Positions 1-9,964 of a stretch of 64,000 nt of DNA are shown here, one piece after another. Under the pieces are notes generated by a model. That model searched no databases. It was not told the origin of the DNA and was given only the letters and a program-made list of their open reading frames with translations. The position numbers were made by a program, and so were the translations under genes. The stretch spans positions 19,370 to 83,369 of IMG/VR virus record IMGVR_UViG_3300034374_005671, one strand, 5' to 3'. The first letter of the stretch is position 1. The number at the start of each line of letters is the position of its first letter. The stretch is from a virus.

Positions 1-2
1 GT

Positions 3-3000
3 GGAGGATATACAGGTAACGACCCATTCATAGACCAAAATTCTTTTTTGTATAGAATGGGCTCAAGAAGGGCTTCTGGTGGAAGAATACCTGATGGAGA
101 TATAAATAAAATAGTTATCCACTTAGCTGATAACCCTACTATGTTTGATGGTGTAGACGAAATAATAGTCGCAGTGGACACACCTCTTGTTTCAGTCACT
201 CATATGGGACGGAACAATAGGTCAGACTATGGTGGCGCAGGGTTAGGCTCTGCTGGTCTACAGGCTAATCATACAAAACAGTATTTTTATGCTTCAGGTA
301 CTTGGGGTACGTTAAATATAAAAGCTGATTATCCTCCAATAGACAAGATAGAATTGATAAATGGGGGAGAACTTGCAATAAACCTAGAGAAAACTTGTGT
401 ATTTGAGACTAGATGCCCTTTTAAAGTGTATGAAGACTTAGTTTGCAATCCTGTACCATTTGAATATGGTAACTTCTCATATTGGGAGTCTACCCTTAAC
501 TATCCAAACAATAATTTCTTGTATGATAGTCAAAGCGTGGTGATTACCGAGGCAGACATCCCACCTGATATCAGGACTGAGTTCCAAAACGTATTTACAA
601 ATGGTGCCCCTGCTGCAGGACAGCCTTACGTATTATCAGATGCTGCTGACTTTAGTTGTAAGCCAATTAGGCACTTCAAGTTCCCTGACTTCAACACAGC
701 ACCTGCATTTGACCAAGATGCTATACCATTCAGAAAAAACAATATATTCCCTATTGGATTACACTTGGATAATGAAGTAATTGAGGCTTTCCTTGATATT
801 GCTGTAAATAATAATTACATAAATCAAGAGTTTAGGGATTCTATAACTCACTACGAAATATTTAGAGGGGATACTAAATTTGATAGGTCTGTTATAGCCA
901 AAGGGTTATTGTATGATATGTATCAGTATCCTGAGTATGAGTTTTCTACAGAAGACTCTAACACAGACAATAATGCTTGGTTTAGTAATTTCCCTTACAA
1001 TGACCTTTCTAACAACAAGTTATTGTATCAAGACGAAGACAGAACTGAATACATCCCCCACCCTTTTAGGAATTCAAGAGCTGGGGCAGCTCGTAAATCT
1101 AACTACAAATATACTTTCCACTCTCCTGAGACTAGCTTTGATAAGCCTATACTACCTTTTGAAATGTATGTGGAGTCTCACTTTACGGGGCAGAGTAGAG
1201 GGTCGTTTGTGGCTGTAAAGAATCACCCTGTCTTCACAGTACTATCACCAAGAGCACATAGGTTGGCCAAGATACTAGCGGCTACAGAAACGTCTTTTGA
1301 AGTTCTTGCATTGAGTACAGAACTTTTTATACAGGTCCAACAAGCTTCAGGAGGTGTGATACCTATTGGTAAGGTAGCAGCTTGGATAGCTTGGGCCATA
1401 CTTGCTGGTTCTGCTGTGGCGAGTTCTATACCTGCAGGTAGACGAAGAAGAGTGGAGTGGGAAGAAATATTTTACAATAGAGGAGAGCGACATAACTTTG
1501 CTTACTATTATTCCTCAGTAGGATATTACAATCAATTCTCTAGAGCAAACAACGATGAGTTCAATACTTATGGACTGGTGGGAGATAAGCTTAGAGGACT
1601 AAAAGAAAGACTGTATATTAAAGATGGTAGATACAGAATAGACGAAGCATTTGACAGTCAACCTACTGTCATAAACAATACCTTTAGAGAGTCTTCTGTA
1701 TTCTTAAGTCTAGGTTCCGAAGTAGAATCTACTTTAGAACAAGATTCTAACTTTAACTACTCATTTAATTTAGAACCACCTGCCGCTATAAGAAATAGAG
1801 ACAATAGTAGATATGCAGCTAGTGACCACACTTGTGTAAATGTAGGGGATAGAACACCAGAAACTACTAGAAGTATTGCATCTCCTTATGTCTCATTAAA
1901 GCAGTTTATCCCAAATCAGCATGGAAACATAAATGATTTGAGATACATATACACTTCATACTGTGGCAAGTTGGGAACAGACAACTCTTGTGATATAGTT
2001 TATGGAGGAGATACATTCATCAATAGATTCTACATAAAAAGAAAGTTCCCATTCTTCTTAGCACCTATGATAGATGGTAACAATTCTTTACCTGACCTCA
2101 TACCTTTTAACTATCAAGACGTTAGAAATATTGGGTATCCTAAGTATTACTTAAACTACCGAATGAGTGAGAGGGATGAAAGCACAAGTCTAGGTAGTAT
2201 ACCTAATATGGTGTCTGACTATGAGTTAGATTGTTTCTCGAAAGGTAACAAATATATTGTTCCTCCGTCCAAGTTTTACTTGTACTATTACGGTATACCA
2301 GGATTTATGGTAGAGTCAGCCATGAACCTAGATTTCCGATACGGAGAGAACGAAACAGACAAAGGATATTATCCTGCTCAGTCTGACTTCTATAACTGGA
2401 CTCAAGAAAGTGTAGTACCTATTAGAGAAGACAATCAATATTTCTACTGGAATGTATACTCTACTGAGAATGATAGAGTTGGATACAGGTACTTACCTGA
2501 TAATTATGACCCAGCAGAGTTTAATTGTAGATTTGACCATTATGATAGAACTATCTACTCATTGCCTGATACAAACGAGCAAGACCTCTTAGATAATTAC
2601 AGAGTCTTTTTGGCTAATAACTTCTACGATTTCGGTAGCAAGTACGGACCTTTGAAAGCCCTGCATAGTATAGAGTCTGCTAAGGTTCTAGGTTTATTTG
2701 AGAATGGTGTGGTAGTATTTAATGCATACAGCACTATCCAAGCTACAACCGATGACTATTTGGTTGGTAATGCAGGTATATTTGCAAATAGACCCCAAGA
2801 GTACTTTAAATCAGACCTAGGGTACGGAGGAACTCAACACACAGCGTTTGCCACTTGCCAGTACGGACATTTTTGGGTTGATGCCAAGAGAGGCAGAGTA
2901 TACTCTGTTCAACCAGGAGGTGCAGGTATGCAAGAGATTTCTCAGAATGGCTTAGGTAATTGGTTTAGAGAAAATCTTCCATTTAGAATAAAGAAACAGT

Positions 3001-4004
3001 TCCCTAACATATCAGACAATATGATAGACAATCCATATGAAGGATTAGGCATATCAATGGTATGGGATGATAGATACTCAAGATTATTCGTCACCAAGCT
3101 AGATGCCAAAGTAAAATCAGGTATCACTATATACGATGGACCTAAAGAAACACTTCCATGTGTACCAGGAGGGTCTATCACAATTGACGTTAGATACGAA
3201 GATGATAAAGAAAAGTTAGATTTTTGGTATCTTTCTCCATCTCCGTTCTGCGAAGGACCGACTTTAGTACACCCACAAACTCATCCAAACATATTTGACT
3301 CTGCTTCTTGGACTGTATCGTATAGTCCTATTACAAAGTCATGGGTGTCTTTCCACTCGTTCTTACCTAACTATTATGTAGCTCACAATAACTACTTCTC
3401 TTCAGGACTTAATTTCGGTTCTAATTCAGGTATTTGGAATCACTTACTTGGTAGTAATCAAACGTTCCAAGTATACTACGGAACACTGTACCCTTGGATT
3501 ATTGAGGTACCTGTGAAGCAGAACTACAACACAAGAATGTACGAAGACTTCTCGTATCGACTTGATGTTAGGAGATACAGCAATGAGTATGATTATCACT
3601 ATTTCCCTGAAAACTTTGATACAGCTGTATTCTACAATGACAGAGAATCTACAGGTTTGCTAAACCTTATAACTCAACAACAGAACAATCAACAACAATT
3701 GATTGAATTACCTAGATTTACTGGTAGTGGAGTTGATATATTAGCTACTAAATCAGACTATACTTGGTCAGTAAACTTCTTCCTAGATAACCTTAGAGAG
3801 AATCATACCTTACCAATATGGAATCATGCAGTAAACAATGTAGGTAAGAGCCTAAATGCAACAGCATTTAACTATCAACCTACATTCAAAAACCATATTA
3901 GAGGACAGTATCTCATTGCTAGGCTATCTCAGAATAATGAGTCCCGACTCAAGTATATCTTTGAACACTTCATTTCCGATTCACTACTTTACGATGCTTA
4001 TTAA
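3..4004 (+). CDS. Tail stabilisation/nozzle-like virion protein (crAss-like, P22 gp10-like), 5'-truncated by the window edge
   Basis: The frame is open from position 3, so TTG at 48 is probably not the start. The protein is Y/F/N-rich and beta-propeller-like, with motifs GGDTFI, DLGYGGTQH, FWVDAKRG and SWTVSYSP..KSWVSFHSFLPNYY that I recognise from crAss-like stabilisation proteins. It precedes the giant cargo genes. Confidence 0.7.
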   Translation, partial: GGYTGNDPFIDQNSFLYRMGSRRASGGRIPDGDINKIVIHLADNPTMFDGVDEIIVAVDTPLVSVTHMGRNNRSDYGGAGLGSAGLQANHTKQYFYASGTWGTLNIKADYPPIDKIELINGGELAINLEKTCVFETRCPFKVYEDLVCNPVPFEYGNFSYWESTLNYPNNNFLYDSQSVVITEADIPPDIRTEFQNVFTNGAPAAGQPYVLSDAADFSCKPIRHFKFPDFNTAPAFDQDAIPFRKNNIFPIGLHLDNEVIEAFLDIAVNNNYINQEFRDSITHYEIFRGDTKFDRSVIAKGLLYDMYQYPEYEFSTEDSNTDNNAWFSNFPYNDLSNNKLLYQDEDRTEYIPHPFRNSRAGAARKSNYKYTFHSPETSFDKPILPFEMYVESHFTGQSRGSFVAVKNHPVFTVLSPRAHRLAKILAATETSFEVLALSTELFIQVQQASGGVIPIGKVAAWIAWAILAGSAVASSIPAGRRRRVEWEEIFYNRGERHNFAYYYSSVGYYNQFSRANNDEFNTYGLVGDKLRGLKERLYIKDGRYRIDEAFDSQPTVINNTFRESSVFLSLGSEVESTLEQDSNFNYSFNLEPPAAIRNRDNSRYAASDHTCVNVGDRTPETTRSIASPYVSLKQFIPNQHGNINDLRYIYTSYCGKLGTDNSCDIVYGGDTFINRFYIKRKFPFFLAPMIDGNNSLPDLIPFNYQDVRNIGYPKYYLNYRMSERDESTSLGSIPNMVSDYELDCFSKGNKYIVPPSKFYLYYYGIPGFMVESAMNLDFRYGENETDKGYYPAQSDFYNWTQESVVPIREDNQYFYWNVYSTENDRVGYRYLPDNYDPAEFNCRFDHYDRTIYSLPDTNEQDLLDNYRVFLANNFYDFGSKYGPLKALHSIESAKVLGLFENGVVVFNAYSTIQATTDDYLVGNAGIFANRPQEYFKSDLGYGGTQHTAFATCQYGHFWVDAKRGRVYSVQPGGAGMQEISQNGLGNWFRENLPFRIKKQFPNISDNMIDNPYEGLGISMVWDDRYSRLFVTKLDAKVKSGITIYDGPKETLPCVPGGSITIDVRYEDDKEKLDFWYLSPSPFCEGPTLVHPQTHPNIFDSASWTVSYSPITKSWVSFHSFLPNYYVAHNNYFSSGLNFGSNSGIWNHLLGSNQTFQVYYGTLYPWIIEVPVKQNYNTRMYEDFSYRLDVRRYSNEYDYHYFPENFDTAVFYNDRESTGLLNLITQQQNNQQQLIELPRFTGSGVDILATKSDYTWSVNFFLDNLRENHTLPIWNHAVNNVGKSLNATAFNYQPTFKNHIRGQYLIARLSQNNESRLKYIFEHFISDSLLYDAY

Positions 4005-4006
4005 TT

Positions 4007-7000
4007 ATGATTAGACTAGATTTAAATAAAAAGTTAACTAAGGCTGAAAACGGTACAGTTATACCTGTAGCTAGACATCAAAATTATTTTACAGTTGACC
4101 CATTTGGGGAAGGTCTAGATAGACCAAATAATAATTTGTATGATGAGAGAAATAGGGGAGGAAGTAATGCATATTCTGCACCAACTTCAGGAGGGCAAGG
4201 GTTCTATGGAGAAGCTACTAGAAATAGAACAAATGCAGATGCAATAGTACAAAGCCAAATAGCACAAGAAACTCAAGCAAGAATTGACGAGGAAAAAGAA
4301 AGACAACAAGAGATAGACCGAAACACCCTGGCTCCATATAGTTACTATAGGAAGTATGATTTAGATAAAAAGCCTATTGCTGGTTATTCTCCTGGAACCC
4401 CAGGACACACATTTGCATTGTATGGAGAGGATATAAAAAATTATCAGTACGGATTCGACAGTGCAGAAGATAACATTGCATTAGCGAATCAGTTAAGAGG
4501 CATATATACAGATTACACAGGCTCCGAAAGGCAAGAAAAATTAGATGCTCTTAGAGATGCACAGTATCAAAGATACCTTATGAATCCTGAACGTTTGGCG
4601 GCTATGGACCAAGATATAGCATATAATGAAGGTATACAGTCTAACGTAGATAGGGATTTTGGACCAGGTGTTGATAATGCTAGGGCTGATGTTAATAATT
4701 TTAGGTATCAAATGAGATGGGACCCTTTATTATGGCAAGATAAAAAATTACCTCCTAAAAACATAAACTACAATAGTTTAAATTCACAAATACACACTAC
4801 TCTTGGTACTTTGGGAATGGTTCCAGTATTTGGAGAACCTTTTAACTTGTTAGATGCAGGGTTATACCATCTTGAAGGAGATAATTTCAACAGAAATCTA
4901 TCACTAGGCTCTATGATACCCTTTTTAGGAAATGCTACAGGAGGTGCTCAATTGGCTAGAAAAGGATTTCAATATGGAAAAAATTTCTTTAGGAGGGGAG
5001 CATCTGCAGCTCCTACGATAGCGAGAGGAGCTACCAATATTCCTTCTCCTCAATTTAGAGGAGTAAATAGACAATTATTTCAATCGGATATAGATTATGG
5101 AAAATCATTAGGGCTAGACATTAATAATGTAGATGACTTAATGAAGAATTATAATTTAAGAAACAGAACATACAGAGCGATTGATGTAAATCCTAATACA
5201 TTTAATGACCCAGGATTCAGACAAGCCGCAACAAATGTAGGGGTTGATGTAGAGGACGTTGATGCACTTACAACATATATGGGCTCATCAGTTCCTTACA
5301 AAAGGATAGGCAATGTATACACAGAGGGTTTATTGAAAAACACGGGAGATAGCAAATCATTTATGTTCACATCTCCAAACAAAGACTTTACTACAAATTA
5401 CATTAGAAATGCAGATAATCCCTATGTTTTTAGGTACCCCATATTTAATGATGATGTTACTAACCTAACTAATACTGATATACTAAACAGAATACGTTAT
5501 GGTACGAGAGATAATTTCAGTAATGTTGGACAATTTGGACAAGAATTACCATATGAGTTTTTATTACGTAATCCAGATGCAGCAAAAAGTCTAGGTAAAG
5601 GACAAATAGTATCAATGCCACCTAGTGGTAATAAACCTTTTGTACAGACAAACACCATACAGTTTGTAGGTAATAGAGGAGATGCAATAATAGACCCTAG
5701 TAAAGTTGAATTTATGTCACCTTCTAACCCTGCTTTTGTTGACTTCCAACAGGGAGGTACGGCAAGAAGACATCAAGATGCAGAACCTCTAACATTAGAG
5801 CAAAGGGCAGAAGCTATGGGCGAGAACCCAGAGTACGCTAGAAACGTACAAAAAATGCTTGATGAGGGGGCAACTATACAAGAGTTAGCCGCCAGAAGAG
5901 TAGGTACTGTAAGTGGTTTATCTAAGTTATTCCCTGATGCTGAAATGGGGACTGCGCCTGAACGAAGTTCAAGCAGAAGCACTAGTAGTTCTAGTAGTCG
6001 GGGAGGCGGGTCTGATGTAGAGTCCAGAGCAGCTGAATTTAATATGTCCCCCGAAAAGTTTGTTGGGTACTACAACAGGGGGGCAAGAATGATTAACGAA
6101 GGTAAGAGTATAGATGATTTAGTTAAAATGGGATATGGCACAAGAGGAGCCTTATCAAGAATGTTCCCAACTGCCCCTACTGAAACAGTTAAGGTGGAGG
6201 AAACACCAGAAAAATCTTCAAATCTTGATAATTTATCTCAAGAAGAGATTAATGCTCTTTGGGTGCAAATGGGGAATGATATTAAAGATGCTCCAAAGGC
6301 AAAGAACCCTGAAGGTACCCGTATAATGAAAGATTTTCAACCAATAGGATTTCTTGATTACACTCCCCCTCCTCCAACAGTAAATGAAGATTTAGATATA
6401 CTTAATTCTGCTGCTTCTTTTTCTTCGCAATCATTAGACGAAATAAGTACTCCCGACATTTTTAAAGAGAAAAAAGAAGTACAACCGCCTGGTAGCGGGA
6501 CAGTTCTGCCTGGAAGAAGAAATATCTTTACAGGGGAGTATGTAAGACCCGCAGAAGGTAAAGATATTTTTGAAGCTACAGGAGAATTTTTTAATAGAAA
6601 TATTGTAGAACCTATTGAGGGTTTTGTAGATAAAAACATCATACAACCTTTCGAAGAAAAGTTTATTGAACCTATACAAGAGGAAATTGAATTTGCACAA
6701 GGAACTTTTAGCCCAGAAGTACAAAAAGATTTAGCGGCTCTTGAGTCTAGTGAAAATCAACAAAAAATAGCAATGGAGATTCTTCTGAATCCCGACCTCA
6801 CTATACAAGATGCGTTGAGGGATAGTGGTTTTACTCATGCAGCTCAGGCTATGGATGATGTAGAATACCTAGAAGAAAATTATGGAGATTGGTATGATTG
6901 GTATTTAGACCAAGGTACTACGGCTAAAGCACTTAAGAATATAGGAGAATTTGTATCAGGACAGGACCTTGACGTTCCTCAAGAAGCCCAGGAAGGCATT

Positions 7001-7399
7001 TCTGCAGGCAGAGAATTTTCTAGAATGAAGGACTTTACTGGTATAGAGTTCTTGTCTGACCCTTGGGTTGCAGACAATTACGGTGACCAAATATTTGAAT
7101 CAGTTATGGGTTACAAACCAGAAGAGGGAGAATATGAAGAAGCCCTTCCAATGATACAGGATTTAATAGAAATCCAACAGTTGATGGCTGAACAGGGTTT
7201 TGATATTAGTGAAATATTCCAACAAGGAGGTAAAATAAAACTAGACCTTGAAAAAAAATTAGGAGTAGATATAGACAAGCTAGACCCTTTACCAATAGGT
7301 ACATCCTACAAATCCCGTAGGTTTTTCCAAGAAAATCCTCTTGCAGCCATAGCATATGGTAAAAATCCTTTTAGAAAAGCAGGCTCTCCACCAAGATAA
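4007..7399 (+). CDS. Putative internal virion (cargo) protein, 1130 aa, with pre-toxin (PT-TG-like) hairpin, ART-like domain and a ~50-aa tandem repeat
   Basis: Long ORF coupled to the upstream gene. Contains the HTTLGTLGMVPVFGEPFNLLDAGLYHLEGD..LSLGSMIPFLG segment, YRAI/FTS/YE motifs and FQQGG punctuation. Confidence 0.6.
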   Translation: MIRLDLNKKLTKAENGTVIPVARHQNYFTVDPFGEGLDRPNNNLYDERNRGGSNAYSAPTSGGQGFYGEATRNRTNADAIVQSQIAQETQARIDEEKERQQEIDRNTLAPYSYYRKYDLDKKPIAGYSPGTPGHTFALYGEDIKNYQYGFDSAEDNIALANQLRGIYTDYTGSERQEKLDALRDAQYQRYLMNPERLAAMDQDIAYNEGIQSNVDRDFGPGVDNARADVNNFRYQMRWDPLLWQDKKLPPKNINYNSLNSQIHTTLGTLGMVPVFGEPFNLLDAGLYHLEGDNFNRNLSLGSMIPFLGNATGGAQLARKGFQYGKNFFRRGASAAPTIARGATNIPSPQFRGVNRQLFQSDIDYGKSLGLDINNVDDLMKNYNLRNRTYRAIDVNPNTFNDPGFRQAATNVGVDVEDVDALTTYMGSSVPYKRIGNVYTEGLLKNTGDSKSFMFTSPNKDFTTNYIRNADNPYVFRYPIFNDDVTNLTNTDILNRIRYGTRDNFSNVGQFGQELPYEFLLRNPDAAKSLGKGQIVSMPPSGNKPFVQTNTIQFVGNRGDAIIDPSKVEFMSPSNPAFVDFQQGGTARRHQDAEPLTLEQRAEAMGENPEYARNVQKMLDEGATIQELAARRVGTVSGLSKLFPDAEMGTAPERSSSRSTSSSSSRGGGSDVESRAAEFNMSPEKFVGYYNRGARMINEGKSIDDLVKMGYGTRGALSRMFPTAPTETVKVEETPEKSSNLDNLSQEEINALWVQMGNDIKDAPKAKNPEGTRIMKDFQPIGFLDYTPPPPTVNEDLDILNSAASFSSQSLDEISTPDIFKEKKEVQPPGSGTVLPGRRNIFTGEYVRPAEGKDIFEATGEFFNRNIVEPIEGFVDKNIIQPFEEKFIEPIQEEIEFAQGTFSPEVQKDLAALESSENQQKIAMEILLNPDLTIQDALRDSGFTHAAQAMDDVEYLEENYGDWYDWYLDQGTTAKALKNIGEFVSGQDLDVPQEAQEGISAGREFSRMKDFTGIEFLSDPWVADNYGDQIFESVMGYKPEEGEYEEALPMIQDLIEIQQLMAEQGFDISEIFQQGGKIKLDLEKKLGVDIDKLDPLPIGTSYKSRRFFQENPLAAIAYGKNPFRKAGSPPR

Positions 7400-7422
7400 T
7401 TTACGTCATAATTTGTAAATTA

Positions 7423-7454
7423 TTTGGTTATATCAAATATGTTTTTTATATTCG
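7423..7454 (+). promoter_or_regulatory. Bacteroidetes sigma-A-type promoter (TTTG-N20-TATATTCG)
   Basis: TTTG at 7423-7426 and TATATTCG at 7447-7454, in the 75-bp gap before the ATG at 7475. Matches the -33/-7 consensus TTTG / TAnnTTTG with one mismatch. Confidence 0.6.
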
Positions 7455-7474
7455 TATTTATTCTCTAAATCAAT

Positions 7475-9964
7475 ATGTACAGGAACTTTACTAATAAAAG
7501 AAAATTTCAAGATGCTAACTCTATTGGCGCAGAGGGGACTGTGCAGAATATACCTATTGCTGATGTTAACTTCGATGATAATTACATAGAGCAATTAGAA
7601 AGCACTTTACCTCAAGATAATATTGATTTAAAGTTTGAAGACCTTTCTTTTTCTGCACAACAAGACCCTTACATGCGGCAATACTATGGTATCACGGAAG
7701 GTACAACATATAATCCTCCGTCAGGCATGCAACCTGCAGGTCCTCCTCAAGCTTCAACACCAGACATGAAGCCTGTAACATTAGGACAAAAAGTTAGGAA
7801 TAACACGATAAATAGGCTACAAAAAAGGTTATCTAATATTGAAGAAGGCAGAGAGAATAAAATAGCTAAGGCTGTAGATTTATTAGGTTTAGGAAATATA
7901 GGCACAGCAGGCGGGTATATGCAAGCTTTTACTGATTTACCCGAAAGAGCTTTCGCTAGAGCAGGGTACAATATGGAGCAAGGACCTAGAGGTAAAGCTA
8001 GAGCACTAGGAAACATAATAGAGGCCAGTACAGGGTTGGGAGGAGCTTTTTTGCAAGGGCTTGGTTCTTTTAAAAAGACAAAACCCATGACAGAAGAAGA
8101 GTACATCGCAGCTAAAAAAGCAGAGCAAGCCAAGAAAAACAATACTGTCATGATTGGCGATACCCGCTACACCTTAGTAGAAGATAGCGAGGGTAGAATG
8201 ACAATTGGACCTGAATACCAAGAAACCGAAACTATGAAAATGGGGGGACGAATGGGCCCTAAAGTTATTAAGAATCAAGATTTCTATACAAGACTAGATG
8301 AGGCAACTAAAGGAGTGAATCAGTCAGGGACTAGGAACACAGCTACACGTTCTGGAGTTGGAGAGCAATATAGCCTTGACCTGTCTACTGTTTTTCAAAG
8401 CCCTCAAGATTTGGTGGATTATTATGGCATGAGCAGTCTTACAAGTGACCCTAAATCTACTTACTATGTTAACCCAGAAAGGGCAAAAAGAATGTATGAA
8501 TTAGTCACAGGGTCAGGTAAAATAAACCCTGCTGAACTTCACATGATTATGCAGGCTAGAGGATTAGATTCAGAAGGTTATGAAAATTTAACCAATGCCC
8601 AAGTGATGGATGCTATTAATAAGGTTAATGAGCATATGCCTGGAACATATCAGGCTGGGCCTCAAGGAGGGTTTAGCGGTGAACAAAATTTAGCTGCTGT
8701 TCAAACTGCTTTAGACCATTACGGGGGCGTAAGAAGAGCTTATGGAGTACCTTTTACCCCAGGCCAAACAGCTGAAGAAAGATTTAGCGAACTGTATTAT
8801 GAAGATTATATGGCTAGTAATCCCAATACACCTGAAGGTAATATTGTCAAGTTAGACGGAGGAATGGGAGGTGTTATGCGCTTACAGAATGCCAGCCCTA
8901 CTATGTTTAATCCTTTTGCAATTCAAACACCAAGCATCCAACCTTTCACAATGGAACAAGTAGATGCTGATTTTGCAAATGTACCAGAGCCTTCACCATT
9001 CATGACTGATTTTGATATGGATGGTATTTCTGATTATATAGATATTGATGCAGGTGAAGGTACCAATCAAGCTTTACCAGGAGTATTAGGAGGACCATCG
9101 ATTGCTACCCCCACACCTACAGACTTTTCCTACTCTGATGCAAGTAGCCCTGTAGACATGACTACTGATTCCGATGGGGATGGTATTCCTGATTATCAAG
9201 ATGATTTTGATAATTCTATAGTGTCTGAAGAGGAAAGACAGAAAGACATAGCCAAAAAACAAAATTCTCTGTTTGGCATGGCAGCATCTTTAGGTTCTGC
9301 GGTAGGCTCCGATGATTTAACTTCTCGAGCAGCTCGTGCAGGTCTAATGGCAGGCCGCTTACTACAAGGAGAAAGCCCTTTAGCATCAACCATAGGGTTG
9401 GGAGCAGGGTTAGGTTCGGTTGGATTTGGAGCTGCAAGGACAATGAAAGGAGCTAGGGCAGAAGCTATCGCCACTGCAGATGCAAGAAAAAGAGCTGCAG
9501 AAAGATTAAGACAAGGGATTATGACAGGGGGTACAAAAGGCAGAGACGTAGCATCCCTAGAATCATATCTACAAAGTTCTACCTACGACCCTATGGCAAC
9601 AGAGTTTGGCCAAGATGGTATGATGATGGGGGGTAATAAAGGAGGAATGGCACAAGGTGGCAACCAAGGTACTCCTCCTCCCAAAGGAGTTGTGATTGGA
9701 CGAAATACTGCCAAGTACTTCCAAAAACCACAACTACCTGTTTCACCTAACGGTTTGGTAGAATATCCTAATCAAATGGTTAATGTACCTACAACAGGTA
9801 CTATAACTATGAATGAAGAAAAAGCAGGTGGACCACTACCTGAGTATGTTTTAGCTGTGCCTAACGGAGATACACCAGTCATAATGCAAAATGGTTACGA
9901 CTATGATTTCCCTAATAGTGACATGGTAACAGAGATACCCTTAAATCAAGCATTGTATGTCTAA
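7475..9964 (+). CDS. Putative internal virion protein, 829 aa, with two DxDxDG Ca-binding-like motifs, Gly-rich hydrophobic helices and a conserved C-terminal beta domain
   Basis: Motifs DFDMDGISD and DSDGDGIPD. The C-terminal ITM...VLAVP...MQNGYDYDFP...VTEIP domain resembles Bacteroidetes phage structural proteins. xxGG motifs are present. Confidence 0.55.
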   Translation: MYRNFTNKRKFQDANSIGAEGTVQNIPIADVNFDDNYIEQLESTLPQDNIDLKFEDLSFSAQQDPYMRQYYGITEGTTYNPPSGMQPAGPPQASTPDMKPVTLGQKVRNNTINRLQKRLSNIEEGRENKIAKAVDLLGLGNIGTAGGYMQAFTDLPERAFARAGYNMEQGPRGKARALGNIIEASTGLGGAFLQGLGSFKKTKPMTEEEYIAAKKAEQAKKNNTVMIGDTRYTLVEDSEGRMTIGPEYQETETMKMGGRMGPKVIKNQDFYTRLDEATKGVNQSGTRNTATRSGVGEQYSLDLSTVFQSPQDLVDYYGMSSLTSDPKSTYYVNPERAKRMYELVTGSGKINPAELHMIMQARGLDSEGYENLTNAQVMDAINKVNEHMPGTYQAGPQGGFSGEQNLAAVQTALDHYGGVRRAYGVPFTPGQTAEERFSELYYEDYMASNPNTPEGNIVKLDGGMGGVMRLQNASPTMFNPFAIQTPSIQPFTMEQVDADFANVPEPSPFMTDFDMDGISDYIDIDAGEGTNQALPGVLGGPSIATPTPTDFSYSDASSPVDMTTDSDGDGIPDYQDDFDNSIVSEEERQKDIAKKQNSLFGMAASLGSAVGSDDLTSRAARAGLMAGRLLQGESPLASTIGLGAGLGSVGFGAARTMKGARAEAIATADARKRAAERLRQGIMTGGTKGRDVASLESYLQSSTYDPMATEFGQDGMMMGGNKGGMAQGGNQGTPPPKGVVIGRNTAKYFQKPQLPVSPNGLVEYPNQMVNVPTTGTITMNEEKAGGPLPEYVLAVPNGDTPVIMQNGYDYDFPNSDMVTEIPLNQALYV

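Noticed and set aside
9008-9022. DFDMD resembles the crAss virion RNAP catalytic motif (DFDID)
   Set aside because: It lies in a low-complexity 829-aa protein as DxDxDGxxD with a second similar copy nearby. This fits a Ca-binding loop, and there is no RNAP context.
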